64,000 bases of DNA from positions 711,467 through 775,466 of the forward strand of contig CP170459.1 of the NCBI GenBank assembly GCA_047947115.1, read 5' to 3'. The translations under genes were made by a program, and so were the position numbers. Source of the DNA: Verrucomicrobiota bacterium. GTDB taxonomy: Bacteria; Verrucomicrobiota; Verrucomicrobiia; Limisphaerales; AAA164-E04. The notes beneath the pieces were generated by a model, which was not told where the DNA came from, searched no databases, and saw only the letters and a list, made by a program, of their open reading frames with translations. Positions 39,693 to 49,476 of this stretch are shown here, piece by piece; within the stretch, counting starts at the first letter, position 1; each line of letters opens with the position of its first letter.

Positions 39693-42158
39693 TCAGAATG
39701 GACGTTCCCAACCCACACCGAAATTGAACCGGCCGCTGCTGTCGTTGAAATCGTCTGACGTTACCGGAATACCATAGTCCAAACGCAAAGGTCCGATCGG
39801 CAGATTCAAACGAATCCCAAATCCAAAGTTGTCGTTGTAAACACCCGTATCCAGAATCGTTGCACCACCAGCAAGGGGATTGGGATCAATGACCTGGGAA
39901 TCAAAGCTGTATGGGTCCTGGTAAACCATACCGATGTCATAAAACACAGCAAAGCGCAGACGATCAATGATCGGTACACTGTATTCTGCCGAAGCAAACC
40001 AATAAGTGCTGCCGCCGAAAGGCTCCTGTTGCCCGTCCTTCGGACCTACGTCACGGAATTTGAAACCGCGCAGATTACGCAAACCACCCAACCACCAACG
40101 GTCGAACAAGGGAACATCATCGGTATTGGCATAGGTATCGGCCACGCCTATTTCACCCAACAGTTCGAGAATATGCCCGGATCCCAGACCGTTGAAATAA
40201 TGTTTGGTGGTGAGCTCCAACTTGTAAATGTCCACGTCAGCTCCAAACGGTCCACCCGCCAATTCGGAACGCAGGCGAGTCAATTGACCACTGTTCGGAA
40301 GGAACCCTCCGCCACGTGTATCGTAGGAAATCGAGGAACCCACTTTGGACACGAGGTAATCGTCTTCCTGATTGCGGAAGAAGTAGGAAGCGTTGGGATC
40401 CACATTTTCAATCCCGATGCTTTCGATCGTGTAATCCACTCCCCCGATGATGAAGTCGCTGCCCAGCGTTTTTCGAAGCCCCATCCTGGTTCCGGTGCGA
40501 CGTTCGTCAAACACGCTGCTGACATAGTCGAGTTCGCGATGATAAAGATCGTGCGTGTATTCCAACTTCTTGTCGAGCAACCATGGTTCGATGAAGGTCA
40601 GCTGGTAATCCTGCAATCGGGTACCGACCTGTGCCCGCAAGCGAAGTTTCTGACCGCCCCCCTGGAACAAGGGTGGTTTGAAAAGATCAAAATTACCCTG
40701 GGACAATTCAACAAACGCCACCAAGTTTTCGATCGAGTTGAAGCCGGCGCCGATCACAAAGTTACCCGTGGTCCTCTCATCGACCGCCACCACCAGATTC
40801 TTGCGATCCGGAATATCGGTCGGTTCGACGTTCATTTCGACCTTTTCGAAGTAGTTCAAGCCTTCCAGTCGCTGCTGGCTGAGCTTGGCCCGTACCATGT
40901 TGAAAGGTTCGCCCGGAGCAACCGCCAGTTCGCGGCGCAAAACCTTGTCCTTGGTCTTGGTGTTGCCGCGAATCTCGATTTTCTCGATGTAAGATTTGTC
41001 GCCTTCCTCGATGAGGTAATCCACATCGATGGTTCCTTTTTCAGTGTTGGCGGATTTGATTTCGCGGATGCGGGTTTCTCCCTGATTGCGGGGTGTGAGG
41101 TAGCCCTCGCTCTCATACAGGTCTTCCAGCGCCTCACGATTGTTGTCCAAGCCCCCGGGTGTAAATATGTCCCCCTTGTTCATCGCCAGCCGTTCGACAG
41201 GCCCTTTGCGTGTTTCAACAAACAGGACATCTTCGGTCGGGAAAATGCTGTTTCCCTGAACCCTCAGATCACCCACACGGTATTGATTGCCTTCGAAGAT
41301 CTCGATGTTGATGACCATCTTGTCTTCTTCAGGATACTCGAATTGAATGTCCTTGATGGCAAAATCGACGTATCCGTTGTCCCAATAGAACTGCCGCAAC
41401 GCCTCCTTGTCCTCGGCAAACTGATCTTCCTTCAAAACTCCGCTGCCGGTCAGCCAACTGAAGGCCCAGCGCCGACGCGTTTTAATCACTTTACGGAGTT
41501 TCTTCTGCTTGTAGGCGCTGGCGCCCACGAAATTGATTTCTCTGATGCGAACTCTGGGAGCTTCGTTGACCTGAAAGGTGACCGTCCCCTGCCCGCGTTC
41601 TTCGATGATGCTGGGCTGATATTCGACCGTGGTGTTTTGATAGCCTTTCTTCTGATACAAAGATTCGATTTCCCGCGCATCAGTGAAAAGCTTGCGTTCG
41701 TCAATGGGTTCACCCACCTTGGAAGTCACCTTTTTCTTCAACCGACGATCACCGAGCCGCTCGTTGCCTGAGAAAGTGATTTCAGTAAGCTTGGGTTTGC
41801 CCTGAACAGAGTAGACCAGATCAATACCACTCTCCTTGACTTCCCAGGCCACATCCACGTTGTGAAAATAACCGGTGCCCAGCAGGTTTTTGACATCCTG
41901 ATTGATCCGGGCCGCAGAAAAGTCGTCCCCGGTACGTGTCTGTATGTTGGTGAGGACCATCTGGTCACTGACCGCGGCAGGGCCCACGTGCTGGACCTTG
42001 ACAGCCTCGATGGTCTTGTTGGTCAGGACAGTCTGACCGCCAACCTGAGGCAACCAACAGGCCAGAAACGCCCACACAGGCCACTTGTATTTGAGTCGAC
42101 GGTACAACTTATATGTCCGCCGGGATGTCTTCTTCGCTGACTTTGGCCCTATTTTCAA
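39693..42158 (-). CDS. bamA: Outer membrane protein assembly factor BamA (start uncertain)
   Basis: POTRA repeats, GNTKTKDKVLRRE, LRNLRGF, IGPLRLDYG, C-terminal F. Confidence 0.92.
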   Translation of the reverse strand: MKIGPKSAKKTSRRTYKLYRRLKYKWPVWAFLACWLPQVGGQTVLTNKTIEAVKVQHVGPAAVSDQMVLTNIQTRTGDDFSAARINQDVKNLLGTGYFHNVDVAWEVKESGIDLVYSVQGKPKLTEITFSGNERLGDRRLKKKVTSKVGEPIDERKLFTDAREIESLYQKKGYQNTTVEYQPSIIEERGQGTVTFQVNEAPRVRIREINFVGASAYKQKKLRKVIKTRRRWAFSWLTGSGVLKEDQFAEDKEALRQFYWDNGYVDFAIKDIQFEYPEEDKMVINIEIFEGNQYRVGDLRVQGNSIFPTEDVLFVETRKGPVERLAMNKGDIFTPGGLDNNREALEDLYESEGYLTPRNQGETRIREIKSANTEKGTIDVDYLIEEGDKSYIEKIEIRGNTKTKDKVLRRELAVAPGEPFNMVRAKLSQQRLEGLNYFEKVEMNVEPTDIPDRKNLVVAVDERTTGNFVIGAGFNSIENLVAFVELSQGNFDLFKPPLFQGGGQKLRLRAQVGTRLQDYQLTFIEPWLLDKKLEYTHDLYHRELDYVSSVFDERRTGTRMGLRKTLGSDFIIGGVDYTIESIGIENVDPNASYFFRNQEDDYLVSKVGSSISYDTRGGGFLPNSGQLTRLRSELAGGPFGADVDIYKLELTTKHYFNGLGSGHILELLGEIGVADTYANTDDVPLFDRWWLGGLRNLRGFKFRDVGPKDGQQEPFGGSTYWFASAEYSVPIIDRLRFAVFYDIGMVYQDPYSFDSQVIDPNPLAGGATILDTGVYNDNFGFGIRLNLPIGPLRLDYGIPVTSDDFNDSSGRFNFGVGWERPF

Positions 42159-43581
42159 ACCGGGTAAATCCTTTGAAAAATGTTAATTCCACGTCCCCTG
42201 TGGGACCGTTACGCTGTTTGGCGATCAGGAGATTCACTCCGATCGATTCCTGCTCGTCCCCCGCATAAGCAGGACCGTCATCATCGTCGCCCTGACTGGG
42301 TTTGTAAAGCAAACCTATCAGATCCGCATCCTGCTCGATGGAACCGGATTCGCGGAGGTCGGACATTCTGGGTTTACGACTCTTGTCCTTTTCCAGCTCA
42401 CGATTCAACTGACTGAGCACAATGACCGGAACCGAGAGTTCCTTGGCGAGGGCTTTCACCCCGCTGGAGATGTCCGCAATCTCTTGCTGACGGTTCTCGG
42501 CACGACGCGCAGTAGAATTCAGCAACTGCAGGTAGTCAATGACAAAGAGCTTGATGTTGTGCTGCTGCGCCATGCGCCGGGCACGGGCGCGCAACTGCAA
42601 AATCGACAGTCCGGGCGTATCATCGATATGAATGGGTGCCTTGGCCAGCTCGGTCGCAGCCTGGGTGATACGGGGAAAATCACGTTCAGCGAAGAATCCG
42701 TCACGTACCGCTCTCAAATTGATACGCGCCCGACAGCATAACATACGCAAAATCAACGATTCGGCGGTCATTTCCAGACTGAACACTCCCACAGGCTGCT
42801 TCTGTTCCAGCGCAACATGTTCGGCCACATTCATGGCCAGAGATGTTTTCCCCATACTGGGTCGGGCCGCAATGACCACCATTTCGCCGCCATGCATGCC
42901 GTGGGTCATCTTGTCGAGATCATGAAAGCCCGTGGACAATCCGGTCAACATCCCCTGGTTCTTGTGATAGGTCTCCAACGTGGCGATGGCATCACGCACC
43001 AGTGCCTTGACGGATTTATCTTCTGTCTCAGTGCGTTCTTCGCTGATCGCCAGAACGTCCCGTTCCACCGTGTCCAGCAGCGCATCAACATTGTCCTGCT
43101 CATCATAAACCCGACTGACAATGTCCGTGCACGTGTGCAACATCTTGCGCAACACAAACTTTTCACGAACAATCTCAAGGTAATATGGTAGATTCAACCC
43201 CGAAGGAGCCTTGTCCATCAGGTCATTGAGATAGGAAATCCCCCCCACATTGGTCAGCTGATTGCGATCGCGCAAACTTTGCGACAAGGTAAAAATATCG
43301 ATAGGCTGCTTTTTATCAAACAGTTCTGCGAGAAGATCGAACAATTCACGATGCCGTAAATCGTAAAACACTTCGGAACCCGATTTGAACTTCTCAATGC
43401 AGATCCCCATGTTTTCATTGGGATTCAACAACACACATCCCAACACCCCCTGCTCGGCTTCAAGCGAATGAGGTGGCAGGCGGTCTAATGGATTGACTTC
43501 GTTTTTCTTGCGGGTTTGACGCTTACTGCGCTTGAAGTCGGGCTTTTCGGTGTTCTGTTTGCTGGCGGCGCTTTCGGACAT
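42109..43581 (-). CDS. dnaB: Replicative DNA helicase
   Basis: PPHSLEAEQGVLG, AARPSMGKT, FSLEM, IDYLQL, LSQLNR, LRESGSIEQDAD, KQRNGPTG. Confidence 0.95.
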   Translation of the reverse strand: MSESAASKQNTEKPDFKRSKRQTRKKNEVNPLDRLPPHSLEAEQGVLGCVLLNPNENMGICIEKFKSGSEVFYDLRHRELFDLLAELFDKKQPIDIFTLSQSLRDRNQLTNVGGISYLNDLMDKAPSGLNLPYYLEIVREKFVLRKMLHTCTDIVSRVYDEQDNVDALLDTVERDVLAISEERTETEDKSVKALVRDAIATLETYHKNQGMLTGLSTGFHDLDKMTHGMHGGEMVVIAARPSMGKTSLAMNVAEHVALEQKQPVGVFSLEMTAESLILRMLCCRARINLRAVRDGFFAERDFPRITQAATELAKAPIHIDDTPGLSILQLRARARRMAQQHNIKLFVIDYLQLLNSTARRAENRQQEIADISSGVKALAKELSVPVIVLSQLNRELEKDKSRKPRMSDLRESGSIEQDADLIGLLYKPSQGDDDDGPAYAGDEQESIGVNLLIAKQRNGPTGDVELTFFKGFTRFENRAKVSEEDIPADI

Positions 43582-43734
43582 TTCGTTACAAGGAAAGGGC
43601 AATCTCGGGCTCTTGGCAATGCGGAGTTGTGGTCTCCTTGTTGGAAGCTTATCCACCGGCTTACTCACAAGTTATTCACAGGTAGATTTGCGACTTGTAT
43701 GAGCGCCCATATGCAGATAGTAAACTCCATATCC

Positions 43735-45045
43735 ATGAAAATACCGATCCATTTCTTCAAGCCCGCCATGCTGTGCGTAACAGTAGCCGTCAGTCTCTCA
43801 GCCCTGAACGCAGACGAGTGGCCTGAGTGGCGTGGCCCTAACTCCAACCAGACCACCAGTGAAACAGAGTTTCCATTGCAATGGTCGGAAGAAAAGAATG
43901 TCCGCTGGAAAGTGGCCCTCCCGGATCGGGGAAACAGCTCCCCCATCGTGGTGAATGGCAAAGTCATCATCACCCAGGCAGTGGAAAAGGAAAACCGACG
44001 CACCACTATGGCCTTCGATCGCCAAAGCGGCAAATTGCTCTGGCAACAAGGAGTCGTTTACGATAAAGAGGAAACCACCCACGGGCAGAACCCCTACTGC
44101 GCTGCATCCCCCGCCACCGACGGAGAACGCATCATTGTGACCTATGGTTCCGCCGGAGTTTACGCTTATGACTTAAGCGGCAACACATTATGGAACAGGG
44201 ATTTGGGACCTCAAGTGCATGTTTGGGGGAACGCTTCGTCTCCGGTTATTGTGGACGACATCTGTTTTCTCTACCACGGTCCCGGCCCCAACGCGACCTT
44301 GTATGCCTTGAACAAGGAGACAGGGAAAAGCATCTGGACCTATGAAGAACCAGAAGCCAATCAGGCAGGCCGCACCGATGGTTTCCAGGGAAGAGAAAAC
44401 GGCATCGTAGGATCCTTCAGCACCCCCCTCCCCATCACTCATAATGGCCGCAAGGAATTGATCATGAGTTTTCCCAACGACCTGATCTCATTTGATCCCC
44501 AAACCGGCAAGAAGCTCTGGTGGTCCGGAGGCATGAACCCGTTGGTTTACACATCCGCCATCTCAGGTGAAGGAGTTGCATTTGGTTCGGGAGGCTATTC
44601 CGGGTCATCCGTCGCGGTTCGTCTCGGCAGTAACGGTAACGTCAGTGACAGCCACCGCATCTGGCAAAATGTTCGCAGCGGAAACAGCATTGGTTCCGGA
44701 GTTATTCACAATGGTCATATTTACCAAATTCAGAACAGTGGAACTGCCAAATGCGTGGAACTGGCCACTGGAAAAACGGTCTGGGAAGAGAAGATTCAGG
44801 GTAAAGGACGACGCCCGGCCTCCTGGTCGAGCATGATTCGTGTCGGCGACCACCTTTACTACCTCAATCAATCATCCGAAATGGTGGTGCTGGCAGCAAG
44901 CCCTCAATTCAACCTGATCACCACCAACCCTCTGGACAACGCCATGTGCAACTCCACCCAGGCCATGTCCAACGGCGACATCTTCATTCGAACCTGGGAA
45001 CACCTCTGGTGCATCGGCAAGCAAAAGGAAGTGGCGCTGAAATAG
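43735..45045 (+). CDS. Secreted PQQ-like beta-propeller protein (paralog of 22926-24200)
   Basis: Signal peptide, WPEWRGP, SSPIV repeats, IFIRT...LWCIG. Confidence 0.85.
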   Translation: MKIPIHFFKPAMLCVTVAVSLSALNADEWPEWRGPNSNQTTSETEFPLQWSEEKNVRWKVALPDRGNSSPIVVNGKVIITQAVEKENRRTTMAFDRQSGKLLWQQGVVYDKEETTHGQNPYCAASPATDGERIIVTYGSAGVYAYDLSGNTLWNRDLGPQVHVWGNASSPVIVDDICFLYHGPGPNATLYALNKETGKSIWTYEEPEANQAGRTDGFQGRENGIVGSFSTPLPITHNGRKELIMSFPNDLISFDPQTGKKLWWSGGMNPLVYTSAISGEGVAFGSGGYSGSSVAVRLGSNGNVSDSHRIWQNVRSGNSIGSGVIHNGHIYQIQNSGTAKCVELATGKTVWEEKIQGKGRRPASWSSMIRVGDHLYYLNQSSEMVVLAASPQFNLITTNPLDNAMCNSTQAMSNGDIFIRTWEHLWCIGKQKEVALK

Positions 45046-45290
45046 AAAGGTAGAGAGTGTGGTCTCGACGCACAATCCTCAGGGTTTCCAATGACCGGCA
45101 GTTTCCGTTTGGGAAGCCTTTTGGTCTTCAATAGCTAATAACGTTTCCCGCTGCCATAACGGGGCGGATCGGGACGATCCGGTCTACCTTTGAACAGCAT
45201 ACAAATAAATTTGAGCTATTGAGTAAGCCCATGCCACAAACCACAAATGTGCTTATTGTATAATTGTGGGTTTGCTGCTAAAAATTCATT

Positions 45291-45560
45291 ATGAGCCGAA
45301 TCTCAATCGATGTGTCCCTAGAAGATCACCAGAAGCTCAAAGCTCTGGCGGCACTTCAAGGAAAGTCCATCAAGAACTACGTCTTGGAACGAGCCCTCGG
45401 TTCCCCCGCGCATGGCGAGATCCAGGCATTGGCCGAACTCGAATCCTTTCTGGATGATCGTATCCAACTAGCGGAGCAAAAGGGCCACAACAACCAATCG
45501 GTCGAAGATGTCTTTCAATCCGCCTGTGCTGAGAAAGGCATCAACCCTTCTAATGCCTGA
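45291..45560 (+). CDS. Antitoxin (RHH, ParD-like) upstream of ParE remnant
   Basis: MSRISIDVSLEDHQKLKALAALQGKSIKNYVLER. Confidence 0.75.
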   Translation: MSRISIDVSLEDHQKLKALAALQGKSIKNYVLERALGSPAHGEIQALAELESFLDDRIQLAEQKGHNNQSVEDVFQSACAEKGINPSNA

Positions 45561-45786
45561 TCTTTACCAACTCGCTCCGGATGTCACACAGGATCTGGAA
45601 TCCATCGCCCAAGGTAAAGCACGTCTGAAAACTTTTCTCGAGACCAGGCCTGAACTCCAGGTGTCCAGATGCGAACACCACTAAATCTTCCACCTCATGC
45701 GTGAGAACCAATCGCCTCTCATCATCGCTATACTACATGAACGAATGAACATGATAGATAGAATCAGAAAAAGACTTGAGCCCTGA
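45553..45786 (+). pseudogene. ParE-family toxin remnant (internal deletion plus TAA at 45682-45684)
   Basis: YQLAPDVTQDLESIA joined to QGK...RCEHH*IF...LIIAILHERMNMIDRIRKRL. Confidence 0.75.
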
Positions 45787-45795
45787 AAATTCATT

Positions 45796-47259
45796 ATGAA
45801 TACAAACATAACAAAGTGGCTTTGCCTGCTAGCTCTCATTGGGGGTAATCTTTCCGCAACTGCCGCTCCCCGCAACATCGTGCTCATCCTCAGCGATGAT
45901 CACCGCTATGACTTCATGAGCTTCATGGACGAAGCGCCTGGATTTCTGGAAACGCCCCACCTGGACCGCATGGCCGCACGCGGAGCACATTTTCGAAATG
46001 CATTCGTCACCACATCCCTGTGCAGCCCAAGCCGGGCGACCATTCTGACAGGGCAATACATGCACCACCACCGGGTTGTGGACAATCAACGTCCAGTGGC
46101 AGAGGGCACCCGATTCTTTCCCGAGTACCTTCAGGAAGCAGGCTATCAAACCGGGTTCGTCGGCAAATGGCACATGGGCCATGAGAACGATGAACCCCGC
46201 AAAGGTTTTCACCACTGGGTGAGTTTCAAAGGTCAAGGCACTTACTTCGACCCTGAGCTGAACATCAACGGTCAACACAAACAGTTCACCGGATACACCA
46301 CCGATATCCTGGCGGATCGAGCTCTGGACTGGTTGAAGGAGCAATCAGGTGAAAAGCCCTTCATGCTCTATCTATCTTTCAAAGCGGTGCATTATCCTTT
46401 CCAACCGGCTCCTCGTCACGATGAGCGTTATGAAGACAAAGACATCGATTATCCAATGACCATGGCCAACACCGAAAGCAACTACCGGACCCAGTCCAAC
46501 TGGATCAAGGAACGTCGCTACGGCATCCACGGCATTGACCATATGGAAACCGGTCCTCTCGACAAGGATCCGGTGCCATCATTCGACGACCTGTACCACA
46601 ACTACTGCGAGACGGTTCACGGTCTGGATGAAAACATTGGACGCGTGCTGGATTATCTCGACGAAAGCAAGCTCATGGAAAACACCATGGTGGTCTATCT
46701 GGGAGACAATGGTTTTGCGTTGGGCGAGCACGGATTTTACGACAAACGGGATGCTTTTGAAGAATCCATTCGCATCCCCATGCTGGCCATGGCCCCCGGA
46801 TGGATCGAACCGGGAACAGTGATTGATAACATGGCCTTGAACATGGATCTGGCCCCGACATTGCTGGAAGTGGCCGGTGTGAGCGTAAAACCTTCCATGC
46901 GATTCGACGGAAAAAGCATGCTTCCCCTTATCCTGGGCAGAAACGTTCCCTGGCGGGACCATATCCTTTACGAATACCACTGGGAATGGAACTTCCCGGC
47001 CACTCCCACCACGCTGGCCATCCGTGGTGATCGATACAAATACATTTACTACCACGGCCTGTGGGATCGCAACGGATTCTACGACCTGGAAACTGATCCA
47101 CACGAAAAGACGAACCTGATCGACATCCCGGCCTTTGCCGGCCAGATCGAATCAATGCGGACCCAGCTGTTCGAAGAATTGGATGCATCTGGCGGCCTGG
47201 TGTTGCCGATCCGCCCTCCCAAAGGGGTCCAGTTCTACGATCGCAAGCTGCAGCGATAA
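45796..47259 (+). CDS. Secreted sulfatase (Cys-type)
   Basis: ILSDDHRYD, CSPSR, GKWH, GDNG, YDLETDPHE. Confidence 0.92.
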   Translation: MNTNITKWLCLLALIGGNLSATAAPRNIVLILSDDHRYDFMSFMDEAPGFLETPHLDRMAARGAHFRNAFVTTSLCSPSRATILTGQYMHHHRVVDNQRPVAEGTRFFPEYLQEAGYQTGFVGKWHMGHENDEPRKGFHHWVSFKGQGTYFDPELNINGQHKQFTGYTTDILADRALDWLKEQSGEKPFMLYLSFKAVHYPFQPAPRHDERYEDKDIDYPMTMANTESNYRTQSNWIKERRYGIHGIDHMETGPLDKDPVPSFDDLYHNYCETVHGLDENIGRVLDYLDESKLMENTMVVYLGDNGFALGEHGFYDKRDAFEESIRIPMLAMAPGWIEPGTVIDNMALNMDLAPTLLEVAGVSVKPSMRFDGKSMLPLILGRNVPWRDHILYEYHWEWNFPATPTTLAIRGDRYKYIYYHGLWDRNGFYDLETDPHEKTNLIDIPAFAGQIESMRTQLFEELDASGGLVLPIRPPKGVQFYDRKLQR

Positions 47260-47261
47260 AA

Positions 47262-47289
47262 AAAAGTCCCGATGAAAATCGGGACTTTT
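47262..47289. terminator. Bidirectional terminator between convergent sulfatase and YceI genes
   Basis: AAAAGTCCCGAT-GAAA-ATCGGGACTTTT. Confidence 0.85.
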
Positions 47290-47318
47290 GAATAGGTGCA
47301 GATATGTAAAAACCGAAC

Positions 47319-47951
47319 TTACTTCTTCTGGGTCTGCCAGACGAAGGTCAAGTCCACTTCATCACCGGTCTTGATCAAGCCAAGAGCGATTTTGGGTGCA
47401 GGAGCATCGATACCGAAATCGCTCATCTTCACCTTCACCTTACCCTCGATCTGAAGGCCTTTTTCAGTCGGAGAAATGGTGACTGGCATTTTGATTTCCT
47501 TCTTCACACCGGAAACGGTGAGATCGCCTGTGGCATCGTATCCCAGGGGATCACCGCTCTTGCGTTCGGCTTTGGAAGGCGTCAGTGATTTGAGGGAGTA
47601 GTTGATCCATGGATGATCATCCGCTTTCATGGCGGTCAACATGACCTGATCCATGACAGATTTGCCACTTTTAAGGGAGCGGCACGAGATTTTGACATCC
47701 ACTTTTGGTTTGCCAGTGATGTCTGGAACCGAGTCAACATTCAGGTCGGAAGGAAAATCTCCTTCCAGTTCCATTTCACCGGAGATCAATTTGCTTTCCA
47801 CGGTCCAATCGTGAACGGTCGAGGTGCCGTCGATCTTCATCGAGCTACCCCGGAACATTCCCTTGTAAGCCACCGTTTCTGCGGACACACCAACGGTCAA
47901 CAGCAAGGCCGCCAAACCGCACTTCCAGATCATTCCATTCAATTTATTCAT
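47319..47951 (-). CDS. YceI family protein
   Basis: Signal peptide, IDGTSTVHDW, GDLTVSGV, MSDFGIDAP. Confidence 0.85.
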   Translation of the reverse strand: MNKLNGMIWKCGLAALLLTVGVSAETVAYKGMFRGSSMKIDGTSTVHDWTVESKLISGEMELEGDFPSDLNVDSVPDITGKPKVDVKISCRSLKSGKSVMDQVMLTAMKADDHPWINYSLKSLTPSKAERKSGDPLGYDATGDLTVSGVKKEIKMPVTISPTEKGLQIEGKVKVKMSDFGIDAPAPKIALGLIKTGDEVDLTFVWQTQKK

Positions 47952-47981
47952 GATTTCAACTTATTTAATTTGAATTAAAAC

Positions 47982-49364
47982 TTAGCCGAGATCGAAAAGG
48001 TTGTCTTCGATTTCGATTCGTTTGTTGCCGAGGGCGGCTTCGTGAGCTTTGATGGCAATCACGTTTGCTTCAAAACCTTCCTGATAACCGGCGGCTGGTT
48101 TCTTGGACTCCTTCAACTCGGCCAGATATTCAGTCAAAACCTCGTCGTCCGCTTCTCCGAAGCTTTCAATGAAGTCTTCGACACCGGATTGATGCACGTA
48201 GGTGTTGTGAATGAACGCTTCCAAAGCGTAGTACAGCGGAGTATCGTTGAACTCATTGTCCTTGGCGGCGTCATCGCCGGAACCCGTCACGGTGGTCAAT
48301 TTGGTAGCGTTGGCGACCAGATAGATGCCAACTTCCTTAAAGAAGGTATCCTTCTTGGCATACACTTCCCAACCCAGCATCGGCGCATCGGCTTCTTTGA
48401 ACATCCAGGCTTGCGAACCACGCACCATCAGGGCGGCGTCCGAACCATAGTACATTTCGTAGTCGCTGTCGAAAGAGTTGCAAAGTGTGATGTCCATCGC
48501 AGAATTCACGCCGCCCTCAAACTCCATGTTGATCTGAACCGTGTCCGGCACATCGCGGCCGTCATCCCACAACACGGTGGAGCTAAATCCGGTGATGGCC
48601 TTCGGACGACTTCCGAGGAACCAAGTGTTGGCATCCAGCTGATGGATACCGATTTCACCGATCACACCGGATGAGCTTTCCCCCCGCAGGCGCCAGTTGA
48701 TTTCGCGTTCGCGCTCATTGGTGGGAGCGGCGCGTTTCCAGTTGGTTTTTTTGTGCCACTGGGAACGTGAAAAGATGGTTCGTCCCCAGGAACCCGTACG
48801 GACAAAGTCCACCAGAAAATCACGTTGGGGATCGCTGCGGAATTGAAGTCCTGCCTGGAAGTTCAATCGCGGATATTTCCTCGCTACCAGGGCAATTTCG
48901 CGGGCTTCCTCAATAGAACTGGCCAGGGGCGCTTCGCAATAGACGTGCTTGCCGGCCTTGAGTGCATCAATGACGATATCCTTGTGCTGGTGACTGGGCG
49001 TCGCAATGATAACGGCTTCCACGTTTTCATCCGCCAGCAATTCCTTGTAGTTTTCGTATCGTTTGGCCTCGGTCGCAGTGCGGCCGGCACGTCTTAAAAA
49101 GGCTCCGTAATGATCGCATATGGCGACAACCGGAGCATTCGGCAGCACAGCCAAGGTGCTCAGGATGTCTCGACCATGGTAACCGCAGCCGATCACGCCG
49201 AACTTCACTGGCGGTCCGATCGGAGGTTTCGTCTCCTGCGCGTTGGCTTCAGAGGGTTTGAATGCGGTGGCGCCGCCCGCCATCATGGCCATCATACCGG
49301 CCAGAGATCCTCCTTTGAGGAAGTCGCGGCGTTTCAAATCAATTTTTTCAGTCTGATCCGTCAT
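47982..49364 (-). CDS. Tat-exported Gfo/Idh/MocA oxidoreductase
   Basis: KRRDFLK twin-arginine, GVIGCG, HVYCEAP, IGIHQLD. Confidence 0.88.
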   Translation of the reverse strand: MTDQTEKIDLKRRDFLKGGSLAGMMAMMAGGATAFKPSEANAQETKPPIGPPVKFGVIGCGYHGRDILSTLAVLPNAPVVAICDHYGAFLRRAGRTATEAKRYENYKELLADENVEAVIIATPSHQHKDIVIDALKAGKHVYCEAPLASSIEEAREIALVARKYPRLNFQAGLQFRSDPQRDFLVDFVRTGSWGRTIFSRSQWHKKTNWKRAAPTNEREREINWRLRGESSSGVIGEIGIHQLDANTWFLGSRPKAITGFSSTVLWDDGRDVPDTVQINMEFEGGVNSAMDITLCNSFDSDYEMYYGSDAALMVRGSQAWMFKEADAPMLGWEVYAKKDTFFKEVGIYLVANATKLTTVTGSGDDAAKDNEFNDTPLYYALEAFIHNTYVHQSGVEDFIESFGEADDEVLTEYLAELKESKKPAAGYQEGFEANVIAIKAHEAALGNKRIEIEDNLFDLG

Positions 49365-49476
49365 AAAAACTTTTCTAAGGCTTGGAGGCTGAGATTAAAA
49401 ACCCCGGAAGAACCTGTTCTCAGTTCCGTCCGGGGCGAAATCAGTTCCACGCTCCATAATGGAGCAAGAAAAACGA

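Noticed and set aside
40029-41771. 580-aa ORF on + strand
   Set aside because: Antisense shadow of bamA with no recognisable motifs; long shadows are common at this GC level.
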